From a virus (taxonomy: Duplodnaviria; Caudoviricetes), in the IMG/VR virus record IMGVR_UViG_3300005662_000047, positions 1 to 62,164 of that record: a stretch of 62,164 bases of DNA. One strand, given 5' to 3'. The notes under the pieces were generated by a model. That model was not told the DNA's origin. It worked only from the letters and a program-made list of their open reading frames with translations, and did not search any database. How positions within the stretch are numbered: position 1 is the first letter of the stretch; the number at the start of each line of letters is the position of its first letter. A program made the position numbers and the translations under genes. Below are positions 27,741-38,311 of this stretch, piece after piece.

Positions 27741-28481
27741 TTAGTCACACTGCGTGTAGTTAGCCGGTTGTTTGATGTCTATGGCCACGTCTCTAGTAGC
27801 TCCAGAATTCATTCCTGTAATTCTTATATACGTTTTGATAGTGCTCTTAGACGTCCCCGTTCCATAGACTTCAAACATAGTAGAAGTTAATGACTTACAA
27901 GAAACAGTAAATTCTAGCGTAGAACCTCCAGCTGAAGTTATGCTGTTTTTTGGTACAATGTATGTCGCTCTTTGCATTCTATCTATGTTATTTGGAGACA
28001 TATTTCCCGTCATTCTCAGGAGCAAGTTCGGCAATTCTATCATAAACATCTCATCCCTCCATTCGACGTCTATGACGGTTTCATTTTCAATTTGTTGCGT
28101 AACAACAATCTTGCAAGAAGTAGGCTTTCCTATTGTTGCCTGAGGATATATGGTGAAAGTATCTGCAGTAAGAGTAGTATCTCCTGTCAAGAGATATCTA
28201 GGCAATTTTACGAAATTTGGATTTGAGACAGCGACTAGTTTATATTTCTGAGCTTGAGATTGTAGCGTAAGAGCTTCAAAAATAGGGGTATTTTTTTCTA
28301 TTTTTTCTTTCCCTACGGTACGACCATACTTTGCAATGATACCGTAATTGACTTCATCATCTCCTAAGGCGAATTTGTACATAGAAAAACTACCGTCGTT
28401 TTTAGCCAAAAATTGCCTTCCTGTGTCAGTGAGGACTGCGTCTAAAATAATATTGTTCGTGCTGTGGTCTAAAAATCCCAT
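27741..28481 (-). CDS. virion structural protein (tail collar/baseplate-like)
   Basis: MGFLD..ILDAVLTDTGRQFLA..KFALGDDEVNY, a pattern common in large-phage structural modules. Confidence 0.7.
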   Translation of the reverse strand: MGFLDHSTNNIILDAVLTDTGRQFLAKNDGSFSMYKFALGDDEVNYGIIAKYGRTVGKEKIEKNTPIFEALTLQSQAQKYKLVAVSNPNFVKLPRYLLTGDTTLTADTFTIYPQATIGKPTSCKIVVTQQIENETVIDVEWRDEMFMIELPNLLLRMTGNMSPNNIDRMQRATYIVPKNSITSAGGSTLEFTVSCKSLTSTMFEVYGTGTSKSTIKTYIRITGMNSGATRDVAIDIKQPANYTQCD

Positions 28482-28542
28482 AAATCCTCTTTATCTTACT
28501 ATGTAACTATTGTTATGTTAACCATCGTGACCCTAGAATGGA

Positions 28543-30603
28543 TCAAAAAAATCCTTTGATTTTAGTTGGCTTTTTTACCACCTTTTTCAAATTTAAGTTT
28601 GGGTTTAGTTTCTTTATTGCTATCTTTGTGACATTGTTTATGTCAATCTGATTTTTTCTATAAGGTTTAAAAGTTGATCTATTGTCGAGGACGCTAATGT
28701 CGAGGCGTACACTATTTTGATTTTCTACGTTTATGAAATTGAAGATGTAAGAAAATCCTTTTTGTTGTGCGCCGACAATTGCAAAGGGTTGCCCGTCATT
28801 ATTTAAGACTTGATAGCACTCTGGAGAAAAATATAAATTCATATTTTTATAACTCGTCGTCTGCATAGTGTCTACGAATAAATCTTCTAAGACGTATAGA
28901 TTGGGATATTGTTTCGGTGCACCAGCTAGAGAAATTATCTCCGTAACTAATTTATTAGCGTATTCATCAAACTTGACGGCTATTTGTTCTGAGTAATTTG
29001 AAGAAAGGCCGTGTGCGTCTATAGAACAAACGGCGTAAATATACTGCGATTTTTTCATAAAATCGTAGTCGTAATGGCTCTTTTTCGGATCATTAGAGTA
29101 TTCAATCACGTCTAAATTAATTTTTTCTTCCAATAAAGGATATTTGATCACTGCGTCGTTAAAATCAAACATCTTTATTAGCTCGAAAGGCTCTCTAAGA
29201 TTTTTTCTCCTAAACAATTGAAATTTTTTGATGTCCATCTGCGAATTTACGGGGAAATTCCAAGTCAAGAACAGACATCCTCTTTTTCCAGTTTCAGGAT
29301 AAGGAGCATTAGTGGATTGGTTAAACTCCATCGTTAATGGGTTTACTCTATCATAGTCCCAATAGGCTGATAGGTCTTGAGGCGGAGGCGGATCTATATT
29401 TTCTGTTGTTTCTACATATTCTGATATACCTCTAGACGCTATTAGAGAACTAATCATAGCCACATCGTAAGTCTTATTGTCGACAGCAGCGTATGTTATT
29501 TCAGCAATTGATCTAATTTCATAGACGTAGGTTGCTCCATATCTGACGTTGAAGTCTATGTATGAATTAGCCTGTGGGCTCTCTATAATGATAGGATCGA
29601 ATTTTTTTTTGGTGCCATCAGAAAAAATTTCTAATTTTTCTATCCAATATCCCAGTAAAACGCTTCTAGGCGGTGATTGAGCTGAATCGGTATTTGCGAT
29701 AACTTTATAATAGTTTATGCTGGTTTCGTAGTCTGAGTCAGTGATTCTATAATCATTGAATATGTTATTCACTGATGCCTGCGATTGATATTGTTTAAAA
29801 TTCTGGAAATTGGGGCTTAACGGGTTACCTGCTCCTGATTTTACTAAATCGTCTAATAATGCGCTGTTAACTTGCATTGTTGTCGACAATTTTTTTATAC
29901 TTTCAAAATACTTGTTGGATATTTTTTGTCCTTGTCCATTTTTATAGATCGTATTTTCTACTAAATCTTGCTGACTCATCACTTGACGAAGTGTGGGATC
30001 AGTGACTGCTGATTCATCTACTGATGAATATTTTTTTGCATTGAAAACTATGTTAGTTTGAGAATCTAGTTCTCTGTTATTGAATTGCAAAGCAGAAAAA
30101 AAGCTAGTAGAAAAATTTTCTTCTTTTACTATCTTGTCAAAGTTTTCTGAAATCACGCTGCTCTGTTTTGCTGTTCCGTATGTTATCTTTTCAGATGAAG
30201 GAGGAATGAAATTTATCTTCACATAACGAGGTAGCTTACTGCGATTGATCGACAATTCTTCTTCAGTAAACTCATATCTTCTTTTACTAATTACATTTTG
30301 AGAAAGATTCATTCTTTCTACTGAGTCAGAAGATAATGTGTCTGTGTCATTTGTAGATTCATCAGGAATAAAAAAATTATAAATAAATTCGACAGTTAAA
30401 TCTTTTATTTCAGGTATATCTACTGAATAAATGAATCTAGAAGGATAAGATGTGTATTCTGGTATATTCTTATCTAACTTTGGTTTAGGCGTTCCTAGAG
30501 ATTTTGAAAGCTTATCTAATGCACTAGTTTTCAGCTTTTTATCACCGAAAGGTGTCGAAACTTTATTGGATGAGGATAACGATTTTGATATGATCGGTTT
30601 CAT
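28543..30603 (-). CDS. putative structural protein with fibronectin-III-like domains
   Basis: YID..VRYGATYVYEIR, PPPPQDL, LTWN, YIYAVCSID.HGLSSNYS; Lys-rich termini. Confidence 0.6.
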   Translation of the reverse strand: MKPIISKSLSSSNKVSTPFGDKKLKTSALDKLSKSLGTPKPKLDKNIPEYTSYPSRFIYSVDIPEIKDLTVEFIYNFFIPDESTNDTDTLSSDSVERMNLSQNVISKRRYEFTEEELSINRSKLPRYVKINFIPPSSEKITYGTAKQSSVISENFDKIVKEENFSTSFFSALQFNNRELDSQTNIVFNAKKYSSVDESAVTDPTLRQVMSQQDLVENTIYKNGQGQKISNKYFESIKKLSTTMQVNSALLDDLVKSGAGNPLSPNFQNFKQYQSQASVNNIFNDYRITDSDYETSINYYKVIANTDSAQSPPRSVLLGYWIEKLEIFSDGTKKKFDPIIIESPQANSYIDFNVRYGATYVYEIRSIAEITYAAVDNKTYDVAMISSLIASRGISEYVETTENIDPPPPQDLSAYWDYDRVNPLTMEFNQSTNAPYPETGKRGCLFLTWNFPVNSQMDIKKFQLFRRKNLREPFELIKMFDFNDAVIKYPLLEEKINLDVIEYSNDPKKSHYDYDFMKKSQYIYAVCSIDAHGLSSNYSEQIAVKFDEYANKLVTEIISLAGAPKQYPNLYVLEDLFVDTMQTTSYKNMNLYFSPECYQVLNNDGQPFAIVGAQQKGFSYIFNFINVENQNSVRLDISVLDNRSTFKPYRKNQIDINNVTKIAIKKLNPNLNLKKVVKKPTKIKGFF

Positions 30604-33600
30604 AGTTTTAGTTTATCCTTCAATGACCCTATATCTAATGACGTGATCTTCCCTGGATCCTTAAAATTAGAATCTTTTATTTTCTTACTAGGGTTTATCT
30701 TACTAATCAGTCCTCCTCCTGTTATTTTAGAAATCAAAGATGGAGGGATTTTGCTGATAGAGTCTTGTACGCTATTTATGTTTTTTATGGATTTTTTACC
30801 TTGGTATGATTCCAAGACTACAAAAAATGACTCTATAGAAATATCTGAAGTATTCTTGTCGACGTCATAGTATCTTCCTTTTGATTCCGGAAAGAAAATA
30901 GAATAATTTTTTTCTTCTGTGGCTATTTTTCTTTCATTTATTAGTCTAGTCAAGACTTTGTCTCCAACGGGAGTAGACCTAGTTTTCTTTACGTCTATCT
31001 CAAATTCTGGATCAAATATTATGTTGAATATCCTGTCGAACTTTTTCGGTTGTAAGAGATATCTGAAGTAAGCTTCAGGTGGCATGCCTACAGCTCTTGC
31101 TATCGTGGTTAGCGGTCCTTCTAAATAATTCTGAAAATTAGCCATGAAATTCAATGTTGGAATTTTTGGGCTAGGGTTTTTCTTAGGACCAGTTGTGGCC
31201 TTGTTGTAGAATGAATTTACTGCAGATTTTTTGAATTCATCAGACGAAGCAGCTTGGGTTAACTCGCGCAAAAGAGCTAAGGTTTCAGAAGCATTCAGGT
31301 TAAATGAAGTTTCATTTATTACCAATCCAGTCACGATTTTTATGTAATTTTCTAGTAAGGTGCTCATCGCCTGATTTTCTATTATTTCTTCTTTTTCTTC
31401 TTGAGATAGGAATGAATATTCATCCCCAAAAGAATTAGAAATATCATTCCAACTTGCTGTTTCTCCTTGATCGATGCCACGTGCATCAGGAGTCACAGAA
31501 TAATTCCTAGTTGGTATGGACTGTAAGCTATCTAAATCGTGTTCGTAGTCTGAGTAAACTCGACTTGGATATCTTGAAGATTCAAATAGATAACTCTTTG
31601 GTCTGTATATTACGTCAGGATTCAAATTGTCTATTTTATAGATAGACAACTTTATTATGTCATTTTGCTTTTCAAAGTCATATTTTGGAAGAGTGTTTTT
31701 CAATAAGTCCTGAGCTAGTCCCACAGATATAATCTTCTTGTTATATCCTTTTGACGACTTAAACTCTTGAGAACTAAAGAATCTCTTTAGTGAATCAACC
31801 ATCTTATCGGAATAATGTAGGCTTTCATAATACTGCGTGAAAAATTGTTTCGAATTATCTGAACTATCATCTACCCTAATGGAAAAATTCTGAAAAGATC
31901 GATGTAAGTCTTCTACGTTGGACATGGCAAGAGTGAGCTGTGGCTCTTTTAGCAAGAAATTCAATTTTGACTTGTCTACATACCTAAGAAGGGTATTGTA
32001 GTCATCTATACTTAATTTCTCAAACATCTCTTTGATGTTTTTGATGTTTTTATTTAGAACATTCAAGGTATTCATCACGGTCAACACGCCCATTGTCTCT
32101 AGCTTCATTTCTTGAGAAATTTTATTTTTTGTGACTGTTGTGACGATGTCTCGTTGGCTTTCATAAGAAGATAAATCTGCCTCTACATACATGCTGACTG
32201 CATGTACTTTATTTGCATTTTTAGGAAATAAACCTAAGCCTTGTAGAAGTTTTATTACCTCCGCATTTCCTCCTTGCGTACCTACGTAAGCGCTATTTTC
32301 TAATCCAAACGTTCCCATGAAAGAAGCAAGAGCGGAATGCTTTATTTTATAAGGAGAAGTCGCATTGACTAAACGACATATGATGCTAAACATCAGTGCC
32401 ATGATAGAATTAATTGTCACATTACTGAATTTAGTAGTGTTAGTTCCCATTGAAGATGGAGGCGTAGATGTGTCACCTGCTTGAGGTGTTGTAGTCGTAG
32501 AAGGATTAACTGCGTAAATTTCTAAAGTTTTCCTTAGGTCTTTTAGCACATCAACGATGGCCAGATACAACTTGTCTTTTCTAAGCGTACTTCCCAGTTC
32601 AGACATTGTGTCAAACAAACAAGGGTATACTCCTAACTCTTGATATTGATTCATGAGCCAATCGGTCAACCATTTTTTCGATTTATCTCCATCAACGGTT
32701 TCCGTAAGATTATCACCAACTCTCTGTTCTACTAATTTGAATTCATCATCATCGCCATATAGATCGAGACCTAGGCCATATACTATTCCTCGAGCAATTG
32801 TCACCAATCCTCTTCTGATATCGCTGGGCAAACTCTTTGCGTTATTTAACACTCCGAAACCAGTGGCCAAAATCTGATTTAGGTTACCATAATCTTCTAT
32901 TTCTTGTTCGTAGATATCAGATAAAGCAAAAAGGTATAATCTACTTAACAAAAAAACAGATTTGTCATCATCTTGTTTTCCTGCATAAGCAATCATAGCC
33001 TTGATTCCCATTTCCGTATTTTTAAATCCTAATTTCGTTCCCGGCGCTACTGCAATATGACCCTTGATTGCATTCCATACATTGTCTAGGTATTTTTCAG
33101 GATTATTTGAAAAGAAGTTAGGTTTTTCTCCATCAAAGATTTTTTCATCTTTTTGTAATAACAGACCCATTTCTGTAGCACATTTGTGAAAATCCGCAGT
33201 CTTTTTATCTAACATGTTAGATAACTCAATGATTCTTGCACGTATCGACACATCGGTCAAAGACCCCGTCGTGCTGGCTGTAGAACTAAAATTTATCAAC
33301 AGCTCGGGATCAAAATAATAATCGCCTCCAGCTTCAACAGCTCCGTTTGAAGGAGAATTTTGTTTAAATAATAAAACTTTTTTACTCCCGTCGGGAGGGG
33401 CGAATTGAGCTAATTCTTGTAATGAATTTTTTCTTAATTTGACGGGGGTATAAAGGTCTGACGTACTTGCTAAATCGCCGAATATGCGGCTGCTGTATAA
33501 ACTAGGTTGTAAATTTTCTTCTCCAAATGAATTCATTAAATCCGGAGTAAATTTTTTACATCTTCTGACTTCTTTAGACAGTAATTTAAAGATTACTGCT

Positions 33601-34769
33601 ATTGCGTCATAATTGAGTAGCTTATCACTGAAGTATTTGTTATTCCATCTGAAATAAGAAATCATGTCTAATGCTAGATTTTTTAGCCCGGTGTAGTTCG
33701 TGTTTTCTGTCACATTTTCTTCCAGCAGGACGATCACTTTTTCAGCCTCTGGAAACCCACCGTCAGAAAGTTCAGCATATTTTCCTTGCAAGGCGTCAAT
33801 AGACTTTTGAAGATCTTCTTCTATCGTAAAATTAGAAATTTCAGAAAAATTAGAATTGTCAATAGGACTAGCTGCCCACTTACGTAGGTCAGTTCTCTTG
33901 TGGCCCACGTAGACAAATTTCCTGTCCCAGTTGTCTTGATCGCCTTTAAGCGCCATGGCGCGTACAAATGCATCATTCTCTGCCTCCTGTGACAGCCTTT
34001 GTGAGTGATAATCTGTTATTCTTCTGACTTCATGTAACAAATACAAGAATGAAGTTGTGGAAGAAAGCTTTTCGGCCTCCGCGTCGGTCGTCTTAAACCC
34101 TCCTGTTTTTGATGCGTTACGAAGATTTGTAATCGTGCTTTTTACATTTATTTCTTCAGGCATCTTTGTCGCATACAAAGACAAAATTTCTTTATCAACG
34201 TCAACGTCGTCTGCTATTTCACTGTTTACAAAAGCAGTTGGTGAAAAATCGTAATATTCACTATTAATATTTAGAGACTTTCTGACTTTACCCAATGAGC
34301 GATACACGTCATAAAAGTTCTTTAGCATTCTTCGTATTTTTTCTAGATCCTCTTCAAACTTTTTATTTTTACTAGCTATAGTAGAAGAAAAATTTTCGCT
34401 AGCTACATCTTTTGAAGATTCATCCAAAGCCCTAGTATACTCTATCAACGAATCGAATAGCTGACCAGCCGTTGTTAAATTTCCATAGTCTTCGTAAATG
34501 GGTTGGAATGGTAAAAAAGATATTATTTCTGGTCTTTGGCTAGAAATATTAGTTAGCACCTCAAAAGTAGAAACATTAGCCGATTGAACGGTTGATAGAT
34601 AAGCATCTGGGCTAGGTGGTAATGCTGAAAGACTTGCCTTGTCTAAAACTGAAGAAGAAAGGCTGCTTATTTTTTTAGATTTTTTTATTGTTCCTATTGA
34701 TTGAGAAGATGGATTCCCTGTTTTAGCAAGAGATCCATTATTAGATTTTGGAAATTTAATTGCTGGCAT
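30600..34769 (-). CDS. large hypothetical (putative virion) protein, 1389 aa
   Basis: Long ORF within structural operon, coupled to downstream gene. Confidence 0.75.
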   Translation of the reverse strand: MPAIKFPKSNNGSLAKTGNPSSQSIGTIKKSKKISSLSSSVLDKASLSALPPSPDAYLSTVQSANVSTFEVLTNISSQRPEIISFLPFQPIYEDYGNLTTAGQLFDSLIEYTRALDESSKDVASENFSSTIASKNKKFEEDLEKIRRMLKNFYDVYRSLGKVRKSLNINSEYYDFSPTAFVNSEIADDVDVDKEILSLYATKMPEEINVKSTITNLRNASKTGGFKTTDAEAEKLSSTTSFLYLLHEVRRITDYHSQRLSQEAENDAFVRAMALKGDQDNWDRKFVYVGHKRTDLRKWAASPIDNSNFSEISNFTIEEDLQKSIDALQGKYAELSDGGFPEAEKVIVLLEENVTENTNYTGLKNLALDMISYFRWNNKYFSDKLLNYDAIAVIFKLLSKEVRRCKKFTPDLMNSFGEENLQPSLYSSRIFGDLASTSDLYTPVKLRKNSLQELAQFAPPDGSKKVLLFKQNSPSNGAVEAGGDYYFDPELLINFSSTASTTGSLTDVSIRARIIELSNMLDKKTADFHKCATEMGLLLQKDEKIFDGEKPNFFSNNPEKYLDNVWNAIKGHIAVAPGTKLGFKNTEMGIKAMIAYAGKQDDDKSVFLLSRLYLFALSDIYEQEIEDYGNLNQILATGFGVLNNAKSLPSDIRRGLVTIARGIVYGLGLDLYGDDDEFKLVEQRVGDNLTETVDGDKSKKWLTDWLMNQYQELGVYPCLFDTMSELGSTLRKDKLYLAIVDVLKDLRKTLEIYAVNPSTTTTPQAGDTSTPPSSMGTNTTKFSNVTINSIMALMFSIICRLVNATSPYKIKHSALASFMGTFGLENSAYVGTQGGNAEVIKLLQGLGLFPKNANKVHAVSMYVEADLSSYESQRDIVTTVTKNKISQEMKLETMGVLTVMNTLNVLNKNIKNIKEMFEKLSIDDYNTLLRYVDKSKLNFLLKEPQLTLAMSNVEDLHRSFQNFSIRVDDSSDNSKQFFTQYYESLHYSDKMVDSLKRFFSSQEFKSSKGYNKKIISVGLAQDLLKNTLPKYDFEKQNDIIKLSIYKIDNLNPDVIYRPKSYLFESSRYPSRVYSDYEHDLDSLQSIPTRNYSVTPDARGIDQGETASWNDISNSFGDEYSFLSQEEKEEIIENQAMSTLLENYIKIVTGLVINETSFNLNASETLALLRELTQAASSDEFKKSAVNSFYNKATTGPKKNPSPKIPTLNFMANFQNYLEGPLTTIARAVGMPPEAYFRYLLQPKKFDRIFNIIFDPEFEIDVKKTRSTPVGDKVLTRLINERKIATEEKNYSIFFPESKGRYYDVDKNTSDISIESFFVVLESYQGKKSIKNINSVQDSISKIPPSLISKITGGGLISKINPSKKIKDSNFKDPGKITSLDIGSLKDKLKL

Positions 34770-34770
34770 A

Positions 34771-37284
34771 TTAGTTCACCATTAGGTCTGTCTCTTCGAC
34801 GAAAATCTTGTTGGTTTTAATAGATGTTCCTAATTCAAAATTAGAACTAACTGGCATTAGTACATAGTGATTGACACCTATGTCTTTTTCAGATAATTCA
34901 TAAATAAACTTTATACTTTTTGCATTGATGCAATGAGCTTTTCCTATGACACTTCTGCAATTTTCATTTACTTTCATTATTACAAAATGATCTATTCCAG
35001 AAGTTTCTCCCGTAATGCTCCAAGAGATGACGCATGTCTTATTTTCTAATGATGCTTTCACATCTGTTATTTCAAATTTTTGAGATTTTCTTGTTATATT
35101 AAGCGTGTAACTAATCCCTAGTTTCCCATACAATCCAGGGTGATTAACATCATTTTTTATTTGTTCTTCAGAAAAAATCAAACCTTGCAACAAGCGAGAA
35201 GGATGTCTATGTCTTTGCGGACTCATGATGTAATTTTTTTTAGTAATTTGATCTTTCATCGTAACAGGTTCGGAAGCAGTGTTCTCTGGGTCTCTAATCA
35301 TTGGTTGAATCACGTATGTATATTCATGTCCAGCTAACAAATTATTAGCAAGAAACTTCTTAGACTGCTCTGAATCTATTACTACTGTTCCATTACCAAC
35401 TATGCCTAAATTGGAAATTTCTCCACTAGTTATGTCATATCTCGTTATCATGAAAAATATTAATTTATCATAAATTTGATTTTTAGAAGTTTGCGTTCCT
35501 CCAAGCCCATAATCAGATGACATTCCTGCCAATCCGCTTCTTATTTGCGTTTTGGGGTCTTCTTGCAATGTAGCTGTACAGCTGAAAGAAAAATCGCTGT
35601 TTGCAACAGAAGTAGCATTTATTGTATTTGATCCATCATTTATCATAACTTTTAATGAATCATTCGAGTATTTCAACATTTCTATGTGCACGGAATAAGA
35701 TGAATCATACTCGTTACCGTAAATGTCAGTTATTCTTGTCGTAAATTCGTAGATTTGATGAGGGGTTAGGTCTGTCAAAGTTATAGATTCTTGCGAATTT
35801 TCTTTAGGAAAATAAAAAGTCCCTCCATCGACTGATATAAATTGCGTATTATGAATAGACACATTCCTAAAAAGTAATTTAGCGATTTTTATTTCTGGAT
35901 TATTGTTATATGCTGTTATCGTTATGCCACTTCTTGTTATCGTGGGAACTAAAACTAGATTTCTTGGTCCTCTCTTATTGGTCACAACCACATCAGCGAA
36001 TTCATGGTTCACGTCGACGCTATCAAAAGTAGTTTTTGCTACCGCTCTAAAAATGCTATATTGATGGCCTAAATTGTCGTATGACAAAGACATGGCGCCA
36101 TCTTTTTTAGAAATTTTTACTTCTTCTATCTTTTCAAATTCAGAGTAGTTATTTTCATTCACGTTTTTTCTATAAATTTCTATAACATTAGCATTTTCGT
36201 CCATTTGCTGGATTGATAAAAAAATTCTAGAATTATCGTTTGATTTCTTGATTATTGGAGGTTTTATTACTTTTCTATTCTCTCTCAAAAGTTCAGTTAA
36301 ATCTAAGAATCTTTCTACCGACTCTAAAACATAATCTGAACTTGTTCCTGAATCTCTTATTTCATTTTTGATTAAATCAAATTTGACTATGACTACAGGA
36401 TTAGTCGTCAATAAATCATTCGGTATCTTCACGTCATTTTTAATTTCGACTATGCTATTAGTGACTTGTTCGAACGTCGTGACAAGTTCTTCTTCTGACC
36501 TTTCCGATAAATTTTTAGCATTTTCTTCAGCGTCATAAAGATATACGCTTAATATGTCTTTCGAAGGATCTCCTACATATTCTCTTCTTTTTTGTTGTTT
36601 GGATAAACCTTGGGATAACTCAAAAGCAGAATTGGTTCTGTCGTTTTGCAAAGTCACATCTGAAGGAGCTATTTCCTTCATCAATAGCTCTCGAAACATA
36701 GTGCTTACATTGCTTCTATGCGTATCAATTCTCAATGAATTGTTATTTGAAAAAGTTTTTCCTAAGGAGTTATCGAAAAATCCAGTGCTAGATACAATGA
36801 CTGAATCTCTAAGACTATTTTCATTTACATGTTTGATAGAACGTAATGTCAGCTTAGATTTTGTTATTTCACTTTCAATGTCTTTTTTTTCTTTGATATT
36901 TTGAATTAGTTGATTGTTGATGCCAGACGTAATATCACTGTATAACCTAAGAATTACAGATCCTGCATCAGAGTTAGAAATTCTTGTCTGATTTGAAGTT
37001 ATTTTATCAGCAATGTCTTTTTTGCTGTCGTAATTTTTTAAAATTACGTCTTTGTTTCTATTCTTGGTTCTTACAGTTATTAATACAGACAAAGCATTTT
37101 CTTCTAAAGCCTTAAGTTGGGATATCTTATAAGTAAAAACGCAGTGTATTTGATCACTTACATCTTGACTAGACGGATTAGTGACATTGCTATCAGCATT
37201 TCTTTTTGTCGTTTGTTTTAAACGAACAAAATTATCTTCTACTATTAGAATACCTTTTTTTCGAGAAGGAGCTTTAAAAAACAT
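34771..37284 (-). CDS. large hypothetical (putative virion) protein with Ig/FN3-like beta repeats
   Basis: 837 aa; LTPHQIYEF, GHEYTYVI, ISWSI patterns. Confidence 0.7.
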   Translation of the reverse strand: MFFKAPSRKKGILIVEDNFVRLKQTTKRNADSNVTNPSSQDVSDQIHCVFTYKISQLKALEENALSVLITVRTKNRNKDVILKNYDSKKDIADKITSNQTRISNSDAGSVILRLYSDITSGINNQLIQNIKEKKDIESEITKSKLTLRSIKHVNENSLRDSVIVSSTGFFDNSLGKTFSNNNSLRIDTHRSNVSTMFRELLMKEIAPSDVTLQNDRTNSAFELSQGLSKQQKRREYVGDPSKDILSVYLYDAEENAKNLSERSEEELVTTFEQVTNSIVEIKNDVKIPNDLLTTNPVVIVKFDLIKNEIRDSGTSSDYVLESVERFLDLTELLRENRKVIKPPIIKKSNDNSRIFLSIQQMDENANVIEIYRKNVNENNYSEFEKIEEVKISKKDGAMSLSYDNLGHQYSIFRAVAKTTFDSVDVNHEFADVVVTNKRGPRNLVLVPTITRSGITITAYNNNPEIKIAKLLFRNVSIHNTQFISVDGGTFYFPKENSQESITLTDLTPHQIYEFTTRITDIYGNEYDSSYSVHIEMLKYSNDSLKVMINDGSNTINATSVANSDFSFSCTATLQEDPKTQIRSGLAGMSSDYGLGGTQTSKNQIYDKLIFFMITRYDITSGEISNLGIVGNGTVVIDSEQSKKFLANNLLAGHEYTYVIQPMIRDPENTASEPVTMKDQITKKNYIMSPQRHRHPSRLLQGLIFSEEQIKNDVNHPGLYGKLGISYTLNITRKSQKFEITDVKASLENKTCVISWSITGETSGIDHFVIMKVNENCRSVIGKAHCINAKSIKFIYELSEKDIGVNHYVLMPVSSNFELGTSIKTNKIFVEETDLMVN

Positions 37285-37288
37285 AATT

Positions 37289-38275
37289 TCACTCGAACAC
37301 TAGAGTAAATAGTCTAACAAACGTATTAGCTCCGTAGTCATCATTCAACACTTTCCCTACGAAGAAAACTTTTTTCATTATTCCTTGGTATTTGTAGCTG
37401 CCATATTCTATTACATCTAATTTTTTGAGCTCATCATTAGACAGCTCAAAAGCTTGTGAAACCATCATATTTCTAATAGAAGTTGGATCAAATTTAAAAC
37501 TTTTCTTAAACCCTCTATCATCTAGGTCTTGCAGCTCTAACTCTATTTCTTCAGGAGAATAGTCATCTTGGGGGTTTAGCCTAGCATAATCCCCTATCTC
37601 AAAAGGAGATACGTTAGACGGGATTTTCTTGTCTATGGAACTGTCTTGTATTTGGTTGATAGGGGGCAAATACTGGAAATTTATGACATTACTCAAAAAT
37701 TTATCAGCAATCAACCCTGGCATGTTGCCTAGTATCTTGGTGTGTTCAAAGATTGGCAGAGGCTGAAAATTACTAGCAACAAACTGATGAGTGTTGGGAT
37801 GAATTTCGAATAATTCGTCTTCTAGAAATAGCGGGTCATTAGTTCCTATAGTGTATAGGTTCTTGAAATTTTCGATCGAAGAAGCCAACAGTGAATCTGC
37901 AGTTGACGTGAAGTCTGCGCCAGCTAATATCTCTATTTGTTCACTGGCTGGTTGTGTAATAGTTGCTGATGTTATTGTCTTATTTATTATTTTCCCGCCA
38001 ATAGCCTGTATGCTACTCTTGTTTTTGAAAGGTTTTATGCGACCAGAATCATCTGCCTCAAAAGTTATTTGGTCTTGAGGCAGATGACATTGTTCTAAGT
38101 AAATTCTTTTAGTGACATCTTCAGATCCGGTCTCTGCGTCTGCCTTATAAAAAGTGGTTCCATCCGTGAAACTGACGTATTTGATTTTTAAGTCGCCATC
38201 CGAAAGTTGACGCCGACCTTCAAGCGTCAAGATGGTATCCATTATGCGTAAACGATTATCAAGTATGCCGCTCAT
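37289..38275 (-). CDS. virion structural protein, N-terminus paralogous to 27741-28481
   Basis: MSGILD..IMDTILTLEGRRQL..YVSFTD. Confidence 0.65.
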   Translation of the reverse strand: MSGILDNRLRIMDTILTLEGRRQLSDGDLKIKYVSFTDGTTFYKADAETGSEDVTKRIYLEQCHLPQDQITFEADDSGRIKPFKNKSSIQAIGGKIINKTITSATITQPASEQIEILAGADFTSTADSLLASSIENFKNLYTIGTNDPLFLEDELFEIHPNTHQFVASNFQPLPIFEHTKILGNMPGLIADKFLSNVINFQYLPPINQIQDSSIDKKIPSNVSPFEIGDYARLNPQDDYSPEEIELELQDLDDRGFKKSFKFDPTSIRNMMVSQAFELSNDELKKLDVIEYGSYKYQGIMKKVFFVGKVLNDDYGANTFVRLFTLVFE

Positions 38276-38311
38276 ATCTTAAATTATGATCGCACGCCGA
38301 GTTTCATACCG

